Of a stretch of 64,000 bases of DNA, positions 21,361 through 32,404 are shown in pieces. The translations under genes and the position numbers were made by a program. The notes under the pieces were generated by a model. The model worked only from the letters and a program-made list of their open reading frames with translations. It was not told the DNA's origin and did not search any database. The DNA comes from Histomonas meleagridis 2922-C6/04-290x (lineage: Eukaryota; Protista; Parabasalia). The stretch spans positions 372,001-436,000 of the forward strand of contig JAANOX010000241.1 in NCBI GenBank assembly GCA_020184695.1. The letters are read 5' to 3'. Position 1 is the first letter of the stretch. Each line of letters opens with the position of its first letter.

Positions 21361-24300
21361 ATGTTTGCACTTCTGGTTATTTTTCCAGTTGTTTTTTGTA
21401 GCAATATACAAGACTCACTTTTGATTGAAGGTATTCCTAATATTTGTGAAGAAAATTTCTCAGAATATAAGGAAACAACTAAATACCTTAATATCTCAGA
21501 TGGAGTATATACCATAGGACCTAATTCATTCAATCAATGGAATGCTCTAATTGGAATTACTTTTGGAAAATCAATTTCTTTAATAGGAGATAATTGTTTT
21601 TCTTACTGCTCATCTTTAGTATCAATTAATTTTGACAACAGTGATAACTTGACTGAAATAGGAAATAATTCATTTTCTCAACTAACCTCATTGGTTTCAT
21701 TTAAAAGCAGCAAAAACCTTAAGATAATAGGAGATAATGCATTTTATTCCTGCCTTTTTTTAGAAGAAGCATATTTTGGTGAATCAATTCAACATTTTGG
21801 ACAAAAAGCTTTTTACTTTTGTAACTATATTCAAAACCTTACAATTATGACCAGTTCTATTCCACAATCTTCTGTTCTTTTTTATCTTTCAATCTATCTA
21901 TTTACTGTAACCATTGGAGGAAATGTTAAAAAGATAGAAGATTATGGTTTACAACAATGTTATTATTTAGAAACATTAAATATTAAAGATGAAGTAGAAG
22001 AGATTGGTAGTTATGCATTTTATTATTGTTTAAAACTTCAAAACATTGAAATTGGAAATAATGTTAAAATCATTGGAAATCATGCATTTTATCAATGTGT
22101 TTCAATTATAAATATTATAATTCCAAAAAACGTTGAACTTATTGATTCTACCTCATTTCTTATGTGTAAAAATTTAGAAAAAATCCAAGTTTCAGATGAT
22201 AATTTAAATTATTCTAATAATGGAACTAATATGATTCTTTACAATAAAGAAATCACATCAATAATTTGTTTTCCAGAAGGATTAAATTTGAACACATTTA
22301 AATTACCAAATACTATAATTACAATATCTGAATATTCATTTTATTCATGCATTAATTTACAAACTATTATAGTTGGAGATATTCAAGCAATTGGAAGTTA
22401 TGCATTTTATGGATGTTCTTCATTAAAAGAATTTCAAATACCAAATTCAGTTACAACTATTGGAGAATATGCATTTGGTTCATGTAGCTCATTAAAATAT
22501 ATTACAATATCCGAATTTGTTACTTTAATTGAAAAAGAAGCATTTTATAATTGCTCAAACATCGAATATTTTAATGTATCCACAAATAATTCAAATTATA
22601 CTAATTATGAAAATGATGGAATACTTTATACAAAAGATTTAACTAAAATTATTTCATATCCAGCTAAAAACTCATTAGAACATTATAAAGTTCCAATATC
22701 TGTGAAAATAATTGAAGATTCTTCATTTTATTCATCGACATTAAAATCAATTGACATAAATGAAAATGTAGAAACTATTGGTAATTATGTATTTACAGGA
22801 AGTTTAATAACGAAAATTAATATTTCAAATTCAGTTAAATCAATTGGTAAATATTCATTTGAATCATGTCCAAATTTAATTGAAATTGAAATTCCTGATT
22901 CAGTTATTAATATTGGAGATCATATGTTTTATAATTGTACTTCATTAAAAAATGTTAAACTTGGTGAAGGAATTACAATAATTCCACAATATATGTTTTA
23001 TAAATGTACTTCATTATTAAATATTAATATACCAAATTTAGTTACTTCAATTGAAGAATTTTCATTTAATGAATGTTCTTCAATATCTAAAATTATTATA
23101 CCAAATGCAGTTAACTCAATTTTAGATAAATCATTTTATTCATGTTATGGATTAAAATCGATAATAATTGGAGAAAATGTTACAAAAATTGGAATTTATG
23201 CTTTTTATGAATGTTTCAATCTCACAAATATTAAAATTCCTAACTCAGTGAAAACACTTGGATATGATGCATTTGAAAAATGTATTGGATTATTAAATGT
23301 TGAAATAGGAAATGGTTTAGAAATAATTCAAATGAAAACATTTATTCAATGTAAAAATATAAAAACTATTACAATTGGAAATAATTTAAAAAAAATTGAA
23401 GAAAGTTCATTTTCTGAATGTAATAAATTATCAAAAATTATTTTACCAAATTCATTGACTACTATTGAAGATTATGTATTTGAATATTGTTTTTCATTAG
23501 AAACAATAGAATTTGGTAATAGTTTACAATCAATTGGTAAATATACATTTAGAGAATGTGAATTATTAACTTCATGTGTTATACCAAATTCTACAACAAT
23601 TTTAAATGAACGAATATTTCAATCATGTATTTCATTATCAAATTTAATAATTGGAGAAAATGTAACTTCAATTGAAGATTATGCATTTTATAATTGTATT
23701 AAATTAACGAATATTATTATACCTAATTCTGTTATTTCTATTGGTATAAATGCTTTTCAATTTTGTAATAATTTACAGACAATTAAATTAAGTGAAAATA
23801 TTCAAAGCATTAATGATAATTTATTTGATCAATGTAAATCTTTAAAAAATATTATAATTCCATATAATGTTACAAAAATTGGTAATTTTGCATTTTATTA
23901 TTGTATAAATTTGGAAGAAATTAATATTAATGATAATATTAATTATATTGGTAATTTTGCATTTTATGGCTGTTCTAAAATTACTAAAATTACAATTCCA
24001 AATAATATTAAAACAATAGGAACAGGTACATTTTCTTCTTGTAATAACCTTAAATTTATTGAAGTTTCATCATTAAATTCTAATTATTCTAATTTTAATA
24101 ATGATGGAATTCTTTATGATAAAAATATAAGTAAAATTATTTGTTATCCTTCAGGTTTAATTAAAGAAAATTATGAAATTCCAAAAACGATTAATGAAAT
24201 TGAAAATTATTCATTTCAATTATCTAAAATTACTAAAATTAATATTTCTAATTCTATTAAAAGAATTGGAGTTTTTGCATTTGAACATTGTAATGAATTA

Positions 24301-24891
24301 AATAATGTAATAATTGGTAATAATGTTGAAATTATTGATGATAATTCATTTGAAAGTTGTAGTAATTTAACTAATTTAATCATTGGTAATAATGTTAAAA
24401 TAATTGGAAATTCGGCATTTAAATTATGTATCAATTTATTAAATGTTACAATTCCTAAATGTGTAACTAATATTAAAGAACAAGCATTTTCTTATTGTTC
24501 TAATCTAATTAGTGTTTTTATTGGTGAAAATGTTACAAATATTGATGATTATGCATTTTATGAAAATGTAAATCTGAAATGTATTTATTATAATGGAAGC
24601 AATGAGCCTAAAATTGGTAATTATGCTTTTAATAATATAAGTACAAATGAAGTTATGGTTTCTTCGAATTATAGTAATGATAAATTTGGTTCATTCAACA
24701 TTAAAGTTGGTTTTGTTGAATGTCCAATGAAGCAAAAATCAAAGGCTTTGTTCTATGGTATAGTAATCGGAGTTCCAGTTGTGGTCGTGGCTATAATCGT
24801 AATCGTTGTTGTGGTCGTTTTACATAGGAGGAAGAAGAAGAAAGAATTCAATCAGTTTGAAGCTCCTATTAACGAGGAAACAATGGCTTAA
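21361..24891 (+). CDS. bspA: BspA-like leucine-rich-repeat (TpLRR) surface protein
   Basis: 1176 aa with dozens of IPNSVxxIGxxAFxxCxxL repeats, a signal peptide, TM GIVIGVPVVVVAIIVIVVVVVL and a basic/acidic tail. Confidence 0.97.
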   Translation: MFALLVIFPVVFCSNIQDSLLIEGIPNICEENFSEYKETTKYLNISDGVYTIGPNSFNQWNALIGITFGKSISLIGDNCFSYCSSLVSINFDNSDNLTEIGNNSFSQLTSLVSFKSSKNLKIIGDNAFYSCLFLEEAYFGESIQHFGQKAFYFCNYIQNLTIMTSSIPQSSVLFYLSIYLFTVTIGGNVKKIEDYGLQQCYYLETLNIKDEVEEIGSYAFYYCLKLQNIEIGNNVKIIGNHAFYQCVSIINIIIPKNVELIDSTSFLMCKNLEKIQVSDDNLNYSNNGTNMILYNKEITSIICFPEGLNLNTFKLPNTIITISEYSFYSCINLQTIIVGDIQAIGSYAFYGCSSLKEFQIPNSVTTIGEYAFGSCSSLKYITISEFVTLIEKEAFYNCSNIEYFNVSTNNSNYTNYENDGILYTKDLTKIISYPAKNSLEHYKVPISVKIIEDSSFYSSTLKSIDINENVETIGNYVFTGSLITKINISNSVKSIGKYSFESCPNLIEIEIPDSVINIGDHMFYNCTSLKNVKLGEGITIIPQYMFYKCTSLLNINIPNLVTSIEEFSFNECSSISKIIIPNAVNSILDKSFYSCYGLKSIIIGENVTKIGIYAFYECFNLTNIKIPNSVKTLGYDAFEKCIGLLNVEIGNGLEIIQMKTFIQCKNIKTITIGNNLKKIEESSFSECNKLSKIILPNSLTTIEDYVFEYCFSLETIEFGNSLQSIGKYTFRECELLTSCVIPNSTTILNERIFQSCISLSNLIIGENVTSIEDYAFYNCIKLTNIIIPNSVISIGINAFQFCNNLQTIKLSENIQSINDNLFDQCKSLKNIIIPYNVTKIGNFAFYYCINLEEININDNINYIGNFAFYGCSKITKITIPNNIKTIGTGTFSSCNNLKFIEVSSLNSNYSNFNNDGILYDKNISKIICYPSGLIKENYEIPKTINEIENYSFQLSKITKINISNSIKRIGVFAFEHCNELNNVIIGNNVEIIDDNSFESCSNLTNLIIGNNVKIIGNSAFKLCINLLNVTIPKCVTNIKEQAFSYCSNLISVFIGENVTNIDDYAFYENVNLKCIYYNGSNEPKIGNYAFNNISTNEVMVSSNYSNDKFGSFNIKVGFVECPMKQKSKALFYGIVIGVPVVVVAIIVIVVVVVLHRRKKKKEFNQFEAPINEETMA

Positions 24892-25272
24892 AAACATCTA
24901 TCCAATCCACTAAAGATAAAAATATTGGTCATGTTTTGTTGTTATTAATGTATGGTAAATTTATGATGAAATTTGAGTAATGTGAAAACGTCTTTCAAAT
25001 AAATAAAATATTCGAGTATGAAAAGATGTTACAGTGATCACAGGAATCATGCGTCTTTAGTTTAAAAATAAAAATATTGAATCTAAAATTTGATTAATTA
25101 ATAAGATAATTTAATGATGCAGATTTTACCTTTTTCTATGGGATAAAACAGAACACAATATCCAAGAGTAAATAGAGTTAGCTATATGACTATTTTCTCA
25201 GATACTTAACTCGAAGCACATTTTCTTAAATAAAGAATTTAAGCAAACAAGACATGTGATGTGAAATTTATT

Positions 25273-25887
25273 ATGTATTACCTTTCAGTTGCTGTTTTCT
25301 GTCTAATAATTTGTTTCATAACGTCAATAGCTCTATCATCAATGTCAATCAATTGGGCAATTAATCCTTTCGTGATTTTTCCTCATCAATTTCCTTTTGA
25401 AATTGCATTTGGATTTTCAATTCCATTAATTATCATAGCGGCTACATTCTTTGTTTTGTTTCTGTTCGACTCTACATCAAAATTATATTTGCCTTTAATG
25501 ATCTTATTAATAATTATTAATGTAACTGTTCCAATTGGTTTAACATCACCTCGAAGTCTTGATGGATGGATCGAAAAATGGAACAACAGTTGGACAAACA
25601 CTAGTTTTTCTATGTCTTTTCAGTTAGAAAAGATGTGTTGTGGTTGGACAAATTATCTTGATCGATCAATTGATGATTGTCCTTTCACCTCGGTTTCTGG
25701 TTGCAAAAACATGGTTACAGAGTGGATACATATACGTTACCATCAGGTTTTCATCACAGAAATCGTATTGCTTGTTCTCTACATGTACTCGATTTGCTCA
25801 TTTTTCGTTGCACTCTTTTATAATAAAGTTAAGTGCATTTGGGCAGAAATAGAAATACCATTCCCCAGAACAAATTTATACGGGTGA
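25273..25887 (+). CDS. Tetraspanin-like protein
   Basis: Four hydrophobic segments and a large loop with CCG plus further Cys (KMCCGW...DDCP...SGCK). The first in-frame ATG is at 25273. Confidence 0.88.
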   Translation: MYYLSVAVFCLIICFITSIALSSMSINWAINPFVIFPHQFPFEIAFGFSIPLIIIAATFFVLFLFDSTSKLYLPLMILLIIINVTVPIGLTSPRSLDGWIEKWNNSWTNTSFSMSFQLEKMCCGWTNYLDRSIDDCPFTSVSGCKNMVTEWIHIRYHQVFITEIVLLVLYMYSICSFFVALFYNKVKCIWAEIEIPFPRTNLYG

Positions 25888-26389
25888 ATTATAGAAATTA
25901 TACGAATATATAAAATGTTTGTTTTTTGTTTTTAAAAAATTTATTTATTTGTTATCTTTGGTTTATTTAAAGTTTTGGGTATTACACAAAAAAAATTTGT
26001 AATTTATATTTTACAGTAAGAGACAGAGTTTTCCCTCATGACTGGGGCTCTAAGTATATGATTTTTCACTACCAGTACTGTAATCGAGGCAATATATGCA
26101 CATATAATATTCTTAATAAATGGAATTTTCCATGAATAAGTTTAATGAGTGCATTTTCTAATAATACCTTATTTTGTTTTATTATTTCATCAAATTGTTT
26201 ATCCATTTTTTATCAAAACTATTAATTTTCATAACTTTTCCAAATCAAAACAAGATACGCAAATATTTAATTCTCTATTTATACTCGCTTGAAGAAAGTC
26301 AGCTGATATTCATTAAGAGTTACACCAAAACGTTAAATATCTCGAAACATTCGTTATAAAATTACTCGATTTGTGTATTGAAATTTTAT

Positions 26390-27763
26390 TCACTCGTCAT
26401 AGAGTTCGACTACAGGTAAGAATGCACCTTGCGTGACTCCGCAGTCAGTATCAAATCCATGTTTGATATATGCGTATCCGCTATCGCCCCACATGTCTGA
26501 CCACGAGTTTTGTATTTCCCATGCCCAGTCATTGCCGAACTGTTTCCATCCGGTGAGCAACACTCCGTGATCCAAAGGAGCTGTTGAGTTACACATCGGA
26601 TCATTATACATAACTTCGCCTTGGACTGCTGTAAATGTTGGCAAACTTCCAATGATATATACAGCTAATGGACCCTTTTGATACACAGCAAGTTTCAATT
26701 GCTCTTCATCAAATGGCGGAACTTGATAACAGCCTTTGACATAGCCAATTTTAGTGTTGTAACTGTCCTTTGTCACTTTTTGGCATTTGCCAACGATACC
26801 GAGATATGGATACTCGTCCTCGGGGACAAGGATCGTCTTGTTTGCCGAAAGAAATGCTAAGGCTTCATCAACATCACCACCTTTGCACCCATAGTTGGTG
26901 TGGCCCCATGTGCAATCGTTGATTTGGGCTGATGAGATTTGATGCTTTTTAACACCCATAAGTGCAAATTGGGCAGAAATGGCATTGGCCGTGGATTGCG
27001 CCCAGCATGAGCCACATGTGGCTTGATCACGTGGGAGATCTAATATGTTGGAAAATTTACGCCATGAGAACTCTGATGGTGTGGTGCCTGTAAGCTTGGG
27101 AAGTTGTGGACAGTATTTGGATTCAAGATTACGTGGTGGCATTGCAATATCATCATTATAACGATGTGTTGTTGGACCGCCACTTGCAATGTTGTGACAT
27201 GTGGTGGGAAGAAGGAAGGCAGATTCATCGATAACTGGGCCGAAATCTTCAAAATCAAATATGTATTCAGCTGGATGGGATGAACGAATTGAATAGCCGT
27301 GTTGATAGAAACGAACTGGAAGACTTGATTCAGCGTCTAAGTAAAACACATAGAACCAATTGGAAACTTTTTGAATGTTTGACTTCTTCCAAGAATGACA
27401 TTTTTTGCCAAGAACAACATGAATACCTTCGTATACCCATGTGTCATCAGCTGGGTCAGGAAGGTAATGGTTTATATCATCTTCATTACCCTTTATTTCG
27501 CTGAACAAACAAGACTGTACATCAAATGGTGTTTCCTGGATTGTATAAGTTCTATTGCCAAGAATATGAACAATGCGTTGTGCTCCTCCAAATTTGATTT
27601 CACTTTGGCGTGCAGGTGTATTAAAAGTATCTACATGAACTTCGACTGGCTCTCGAATTTTTTGATATGGAATGCTCCATGTACCGCGAATGCGATATTT
27701 AGGAGGCCACTGAGGAATAACTGGATCAGCACTGAATGTTAGAGCCAAGAAAGCTGAAAACAT
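26390..27763 (-). CDS. Papain-family (C1A) cysteine protease, inverted paralog of 18206-19597
   Basis: DQATCGSCWA, LDHGVLLTGW and QNSWSDMWG; near-identical N-terminus MFSAFLALT...DPVIPQWPPKYRIRGTWSIPYQKIREP. Confidence 0.95.
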   Translation of the reverse strand: MFSAFLALTFSADPVIPQWPPKYRIRGTWSIPYQKIREPVEVHVDTFNTPARQSEIKFGGAQRIVHILGNRTYTIQETPFDVQSCLFSEIKGNEDDINHYLPDPADDTWVYEGIHVVLGKKCHSWKKSNIQKVSNWFYVFYLDAESSLPVRFYQHGYSIRSSHPAEYIFDFEDFGPVIDESAFLLPTTCHNIASGGPTTHRYNDDIAMPPRNLESKYCPQLPKLTGTTPSEFSWRKFSNILDLPRDQATCGSCWAQSTANAISAQFALMGVKKHQISSAQINDCTWGHTNYGCKGGDVDEALAFLSANKTILVPEDEYPYLGIVGKCQKVTKDSYNTKIGYVKGCYQVPPFDEEQLKLAVYQKGPLAVYIIGSLPTFTAVQGEVMYNDPMCNSTAPLDHGVLLTGWKQFGNDWAWEIQNSWSDMWGDSGYAYIKHGFDTDCGVTQGAFLPVVELYDE

Positions 27764-27771
27764 TTCTTTGA

Positions 27772-27810
27772 GGCGGTTTTTTGAACCGATGCATTATCAC
27801 ATCACATGTC
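27772..27810 (-). promoter_or_regulatory. Conserved upstream block of C1A protease 2
   Basis: The minus strand reads GACATGTGATGTGATAATGCATCGGTTCAAAAAACCGCC, matching 18158-18197. Confidence 0.7.
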
Positions 27811-28351
27811 GGAGTAGAAAAAATTGTTTTTGTCTTTTTTGGACATATGTAAAAGAGAAATATATATATTTCATTATTTGGATTACTTCTTTCAATAGCA
27901 ATGGAAGTATGATTGGAAAATATCAGATATTTTTGTACTTATACTTAAATCAGTCAAATGAACTTCCCATTGTTTTCCATTGTATACATCATCGTTTTCA
28001 AATTGAAATGAAGACGATATAAACGTATTTATCGTGCTTTAGTATAAATTTGGTTATAAGAATTGTGTCTCATATGTTTAAAATAGAATTTTATGTATAC
28101 AAATTGACTTATGTCTGTTTCGTCTGTAAATTAAAAAATTTATGGAATGAATTGATCAATTGAATTAATCTCCAAATTAAATCACGATTTCAGAAAATAT
28201 TCATTCATCTTTCATTTGGTTTCAAAACGACGCTTTTTTCCACGTATTCCTTCACACTTAAACACTAACATTAAATGTTCTTTTCAAAAAATTGGTCACA
28301 TACTTTAAATTTCACATAACATGTCAAAATATCAGGATTTTGGGGTAATTT

Positions 28352-29689
28352 ATGCGAATACATTATAAACAAAAAACAATTAGATTTGTTAAGCAATGTT
28401 ATTCCTTAGCAAAGAAGGAGGAAGATTTAAATTTACCTCAATGCTCCCAAGAAATTGAAGAAAAATCTCTAAACCTGATGAAGCAAGGAATAAATCCAGC
28501 TGACTCTCTTGATTGGCATTTCCATGGGATTGTTCCTATCTTTAGTCGGAATTTTTTGGGACAAGTTTTACTTATGCTTACATATTTTCCAGAACCTGGT
28601 TCATGTTTTCTTGAATATCTTATAGAAGGAAATTCACACAATACAGACCGTCTTCCGTGGGATCAAATTCTTACAAATCTAATTTCCCATTTTCCAAATA
28701 CATTGGGAATTCTTGATCATTGTTTTCAAGTACCACATTTATGCAAATATGAACTACGTTCTCTTTTTATTCATATAGGAGGAGTTAAAAATTTATATAT
28801 TTTTTCTCAAGATCCAACTTTTCACAATGTTTTATCAAGTATCCTCAAATCCCTTTCCACCGAAAACATTTTTTCTTATACAGAGGAACCTAGCATTCCC
28901 ATTCAGATTGAAGTCTATCATGATGAAAATTTATTTCCAACCATTGATGAATGCGAGACGAGTTTTGAATTATCATTTTCACAATTTTGTGAGAATTTAC
29001 TATCATCAACAGATAAAGAAACGCGTATTAATACTCTTAACTCACTTGGTGAGCTTTCGCATCAAAAAACCTCCTTTAACGATTCAATTTCGAGTTTACT
29101 TCTTTATTTTTTTGAATCGAACGATCAAGCCGATGAACAGATTTTAACTCTCAGAATTTTGGCGGTTACTCTTCAGCCACTCAATTTTGCATACCTTGGC
29201 AAAATATGGGAAGTTCTTCGTAACTTGATCGCAAACACAGATGATATCGATATCATTGATACTATTTGCACGTTTTTGTGTAGTAACTTTGAAAAATATG
29301 GAAGCATTTTTCTAATTGAGACCGGAATCATTGATAACATTGTCTCATTATTAGTATCAGATTTACCATTTTCTACCAAACAAAATGCTACTTTAATCTT
29401 ATTGAACATTGCTAATTCATGTTCAGTTCAACAATTACTTGATATTGTAACAGATGATATTTTTACAAATTTTTTATCATTTTTATATACGGAAGACATA
29501 CAAATAATCACGAAGATCTTTCATTTCATAACAAGAATTTTAAAGGTCTTCGATGATAAAGAACATTTGTATGATTTGATTTACCCATTTTCAGATGTAG
29601 TTTGTAAATTTCTTGTGTGTGATGACTTGGAAATAAAATACCATGCGCATTTTATTAACAAGTTTATGATAGAATTTGGAGAGAGTTAA
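28352..29689 (+). CDS. Hypothetical helical (ARM-like) protein
   Basis: 445-aa intact ORF with a helical-repeat-like C-terminal half. Confidence 0.8.
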   Translation: MRIHYKQKTIRFVKQCYSLAKKEEDLNLPQCSQEIEEKSLNLMKQGINPADSLDWHFHGIVPIFSRNFLGQVLLMLTYFPEPGSCFLEYLIEGNSHNTDRLPWDQILTNLISHFPNTLGILDHCFQVPHLCKYELRSLFIHIGGVKNLYIFSQDPTFHNVLSSILKSLSTENIFSYTEEPSIPIQIEVYHDENLFPTIDECETSFELSFSQFCENLLSSTDKETRINTLNSLGELSHQKTSFNDSISSLLLYFFESNDQADEQILTLRILAVTLQPLNFAYLGKIWEVLRNLIANTDDIDIIDTICTFLCSNFEKYGSIFLIETGIIDNIVSLLVSDLPFSTKQNATLILLNIANSCSVQQLLDIVTDDIFTNFLSFLYTEDIQIITKIFHFITRILKVFDDKEHLYDLIYPFSDVVCKFLVCDDLEIKYHAHFINKFMIEFGES

Positions 29690-30080
29690 AGTCAGATTAG
29701 ATTCTGTTTAGAATAAATTTTTAGATATTTTAATTGTTGCTTTTTTTATGCGTAAATAAATTAATATTTTTTCTTTTCTTTTTTTTTATTTATATGAAAA
29801 GTAATCTAAAAAAAACTTTGGAATGAAAAACTTATTTTCTTTTATGTTATTTCATTTATTTCTTCAGAATGATCTGTAAACGGTTAATGATGGTATGTCA
29901 AAATTATAATGTAAAAATGAGCAATTCCACAAATTACAAAGTTTGGAAACATGTTCACAATTTCCATTTTTGTTAAATTCAACGTTGAAAAGCAAATAAA
30001 ACATTCCTTACTCAAGATCATCTCATTTATGTCATGACAAAATACATAGCTCATATTATTTATGTTAATATTTATCATGC

Positions 30081-30640
30081 TCAAAAATTCCCTTGGTGAT
30101 ATTGTTCGGCCATAAAGTTTTTCTCTTCATCAATTTCTTCTTCATAATCCATGTTAATGTTATTTTCTTCAAGGTTCAAATCAGAAATCAAGAAGGAAAT
30201 TTCTTTGGTGGCGTTGTCTAAGGCTGCTTGATCAACTGAAAGAATTAACGCTAGATTTGAATATAAAAATTTTTGGATTGAAGGCGACAAAAGGACGCAT
30301 TGTACACCAAAGTGTTCATGAATAATCTGACTTAGAGCCTGTGAAATGAAGCAAATCTTCACATTTCTTTTTCTTCCAATATAAGTTTCACAAAATTTTT
30401 GAAAAAAACTTAGGACACTATGGTCTAAACAATCTGGCGTTAAAATTTAATGATACGATTTTGTTCTATCATATGATGAATTTTTGCAGCAAATTCTAAA
30501 TCTGGAAAATTATACTCATCAATTTTTTTAAAACTTGCCAAACCATAATTAATATCGATGTTACTCAGTAAGGCCATATTCTGGTCCTCAAAGAGATGAA
30601 ATCCAAATGGAGAAGAGATGACCAAAAAAGATTGCACCAT
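30081..30640 (-). CDS. Hypothetical protein split by a 1-bp frameshift near 30455 (error or young pseudogene)
   Basis: ORF 30440-30640 joins the open frame ILTPDCLDHSVLSFFQKFCETYIGRKRNVKICF... of ORF 30081-30362 if one A is added to an A run. Confidence 0.6.
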
Positions 30641-30753
30641 TCGGAAATGTTATATGAAAATCGTCAAAAAGTTTAGTCAGCGGCTTTTTGAGTGCGTTAA
30701 AATTTTAAACCATTCAAACCTTAGGTTATAAAATTTCCAAAATCATTTTATAA

Positions 30754-31320
30754 ATGGAAACAACAACGAAAAGGAAGAGAGAAAAGTTTCTCCCTGAAGA
30801 AGATCAGAAGCTCAGGGAGCTAGTGGCTATCCATGGAGAATCGTCTTGGGATATAGTTTCAAAGAATATGAAAAATAGAAATCAAAGACAATGTAGAGAA
30901 AGATGGAAACATTACCTATCATGCTCAAGACCAAAGGCACCATGGACAAATGACGAAGACGAGTTGTTGTATCAAAAGATGACCGAATTAGGTCCAAAGT
31001 GGACAAAAATTGCCAAATTTTTCGATGGAAGAACAGACATTCAAGTCAAAGCAAGATGGATGCAAAGGTTTGCAATGTTTAGTGATTTGCACATTAAGAA
31101 AAAACGCCAAAATACACAACCTAAAACGATTATCGATAATCAACAAAAAACACAAATAATCAATAATAATAACAAAAATAATATTAACCAAAATAATCTT
31201 CAAAATAAAACAACACCAAAACCACAAGAGATGGATTTGTTTAATCCAAATCAACAATTATTTGATTATCAATCGCTTGATAATTCTTTTTCAAGTTTTG
31301 ATTCATTATGTTTCTTTTGA
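30754..31320 (+). CDS. R2R3 Myb-like DNA-binding protein
   Basis: KFLPEEDQKLRELV...W...RNQRQCRERWKHYL...WTNDEDELL...GPKWTKIAKFFDGRTDIQVKARW. Confidence 0.95.
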   Translation: METTTKRKREKFLPEEDQKLRELVAIHGESSWDIVSKNMKNRNQRQCRERWKHYLSCSRPKAPWTNDEDELLYQKMTELGPKWTKIAKFFDGRTDIQVKARWMQRFAMFSDLHIKKKRQNTQPKTIIDNQQKTQIINNNNKNNINQNNLQNKTTPKPQEMDLFNPNQQLFDYQSLDNSFSSFDSLCFF

Positions 31321-32404
31321 TTGTACAGAATGAACCGGACTAAGTAAATGTCGAATAAAGTTTTAAAATTATTTTTTGTGTTTTGTTAAATTAAAAAATT
31401 TTTGAGGCTAAAATCAAACAAAGTCTTCAAAAAAGTCCAGAAAATATTTTCGTGTAAAGTATTTAAATTCGTGTTCGTTATTTGAAACCGTTTTTGTGGA
31501 TTGCAAAATAGTGAATAAAACAATATTCATGGAACAAATTTAAAAAAAAATCAATTAATGTAAAAAACATTTTTCATTTCATTAGAAAAAGTTACTTTTA
31601 ATTTAACTGGTGCAAATATTTATTCATTGGTTCAAAAAATAATGGAATTATTTGATTTGCAAAATTTTTTTTTTGTGTTGGTTTTAATTTTTTAATAATA
31701 AATATGACTTTCTTTGCATTTTGTTAGCAAAATAATGAATGAACAAAAATTAATTGATAAAAACTTTACAAAAAATCTTTTCAAAATTCATTGATTAAAT
31801 TCATTTTATGCACTATTCACCAATTAAAAAACAGAAGATATAATTAAATAATTTTATGAATAATTTAAGAAATATCACTACAAAAATCATCGGAGATTTC
31901 AAAATAAAAAATTTGGCGAATATTTATAATGCTTAATGCAGTTTTATTAAGGAATATTATAATAGACACATAATTCTTCAGTTTATATGATAGACTACAG
32001 TGAAAAACCTGTAGACGGGTGAATGATTGCTAAATATATCTTTAATATTATTTTAAAACTATTACAATATAACATTTGTAAATTATTCAGATTATTTTTA
32101 GAAACATTTATAAAGACTTCACAATATGGTAAATTGTCAAAGTGGTTATTGAAAAAAATTTCAATTATTCGATTTAATAATTGCATTCATTGAAAGCCAC
32201 CATGAATTCAACAAATTACTTTATGGAAACACATGATAATTAAATAAAATATGATAAAAATGAAGAAAATATTTAGTCTATATTTACCGTTATGCAATAA
32301 TTCCAAATCAGTTTTCCTTTTCATGCCGATACTGCGGTTATTACCGGTTTGTTTCAAATTTCTCACAAAATTCAAATTAAAATTTCTGCTCATTGAAAAA
32401 GTTT

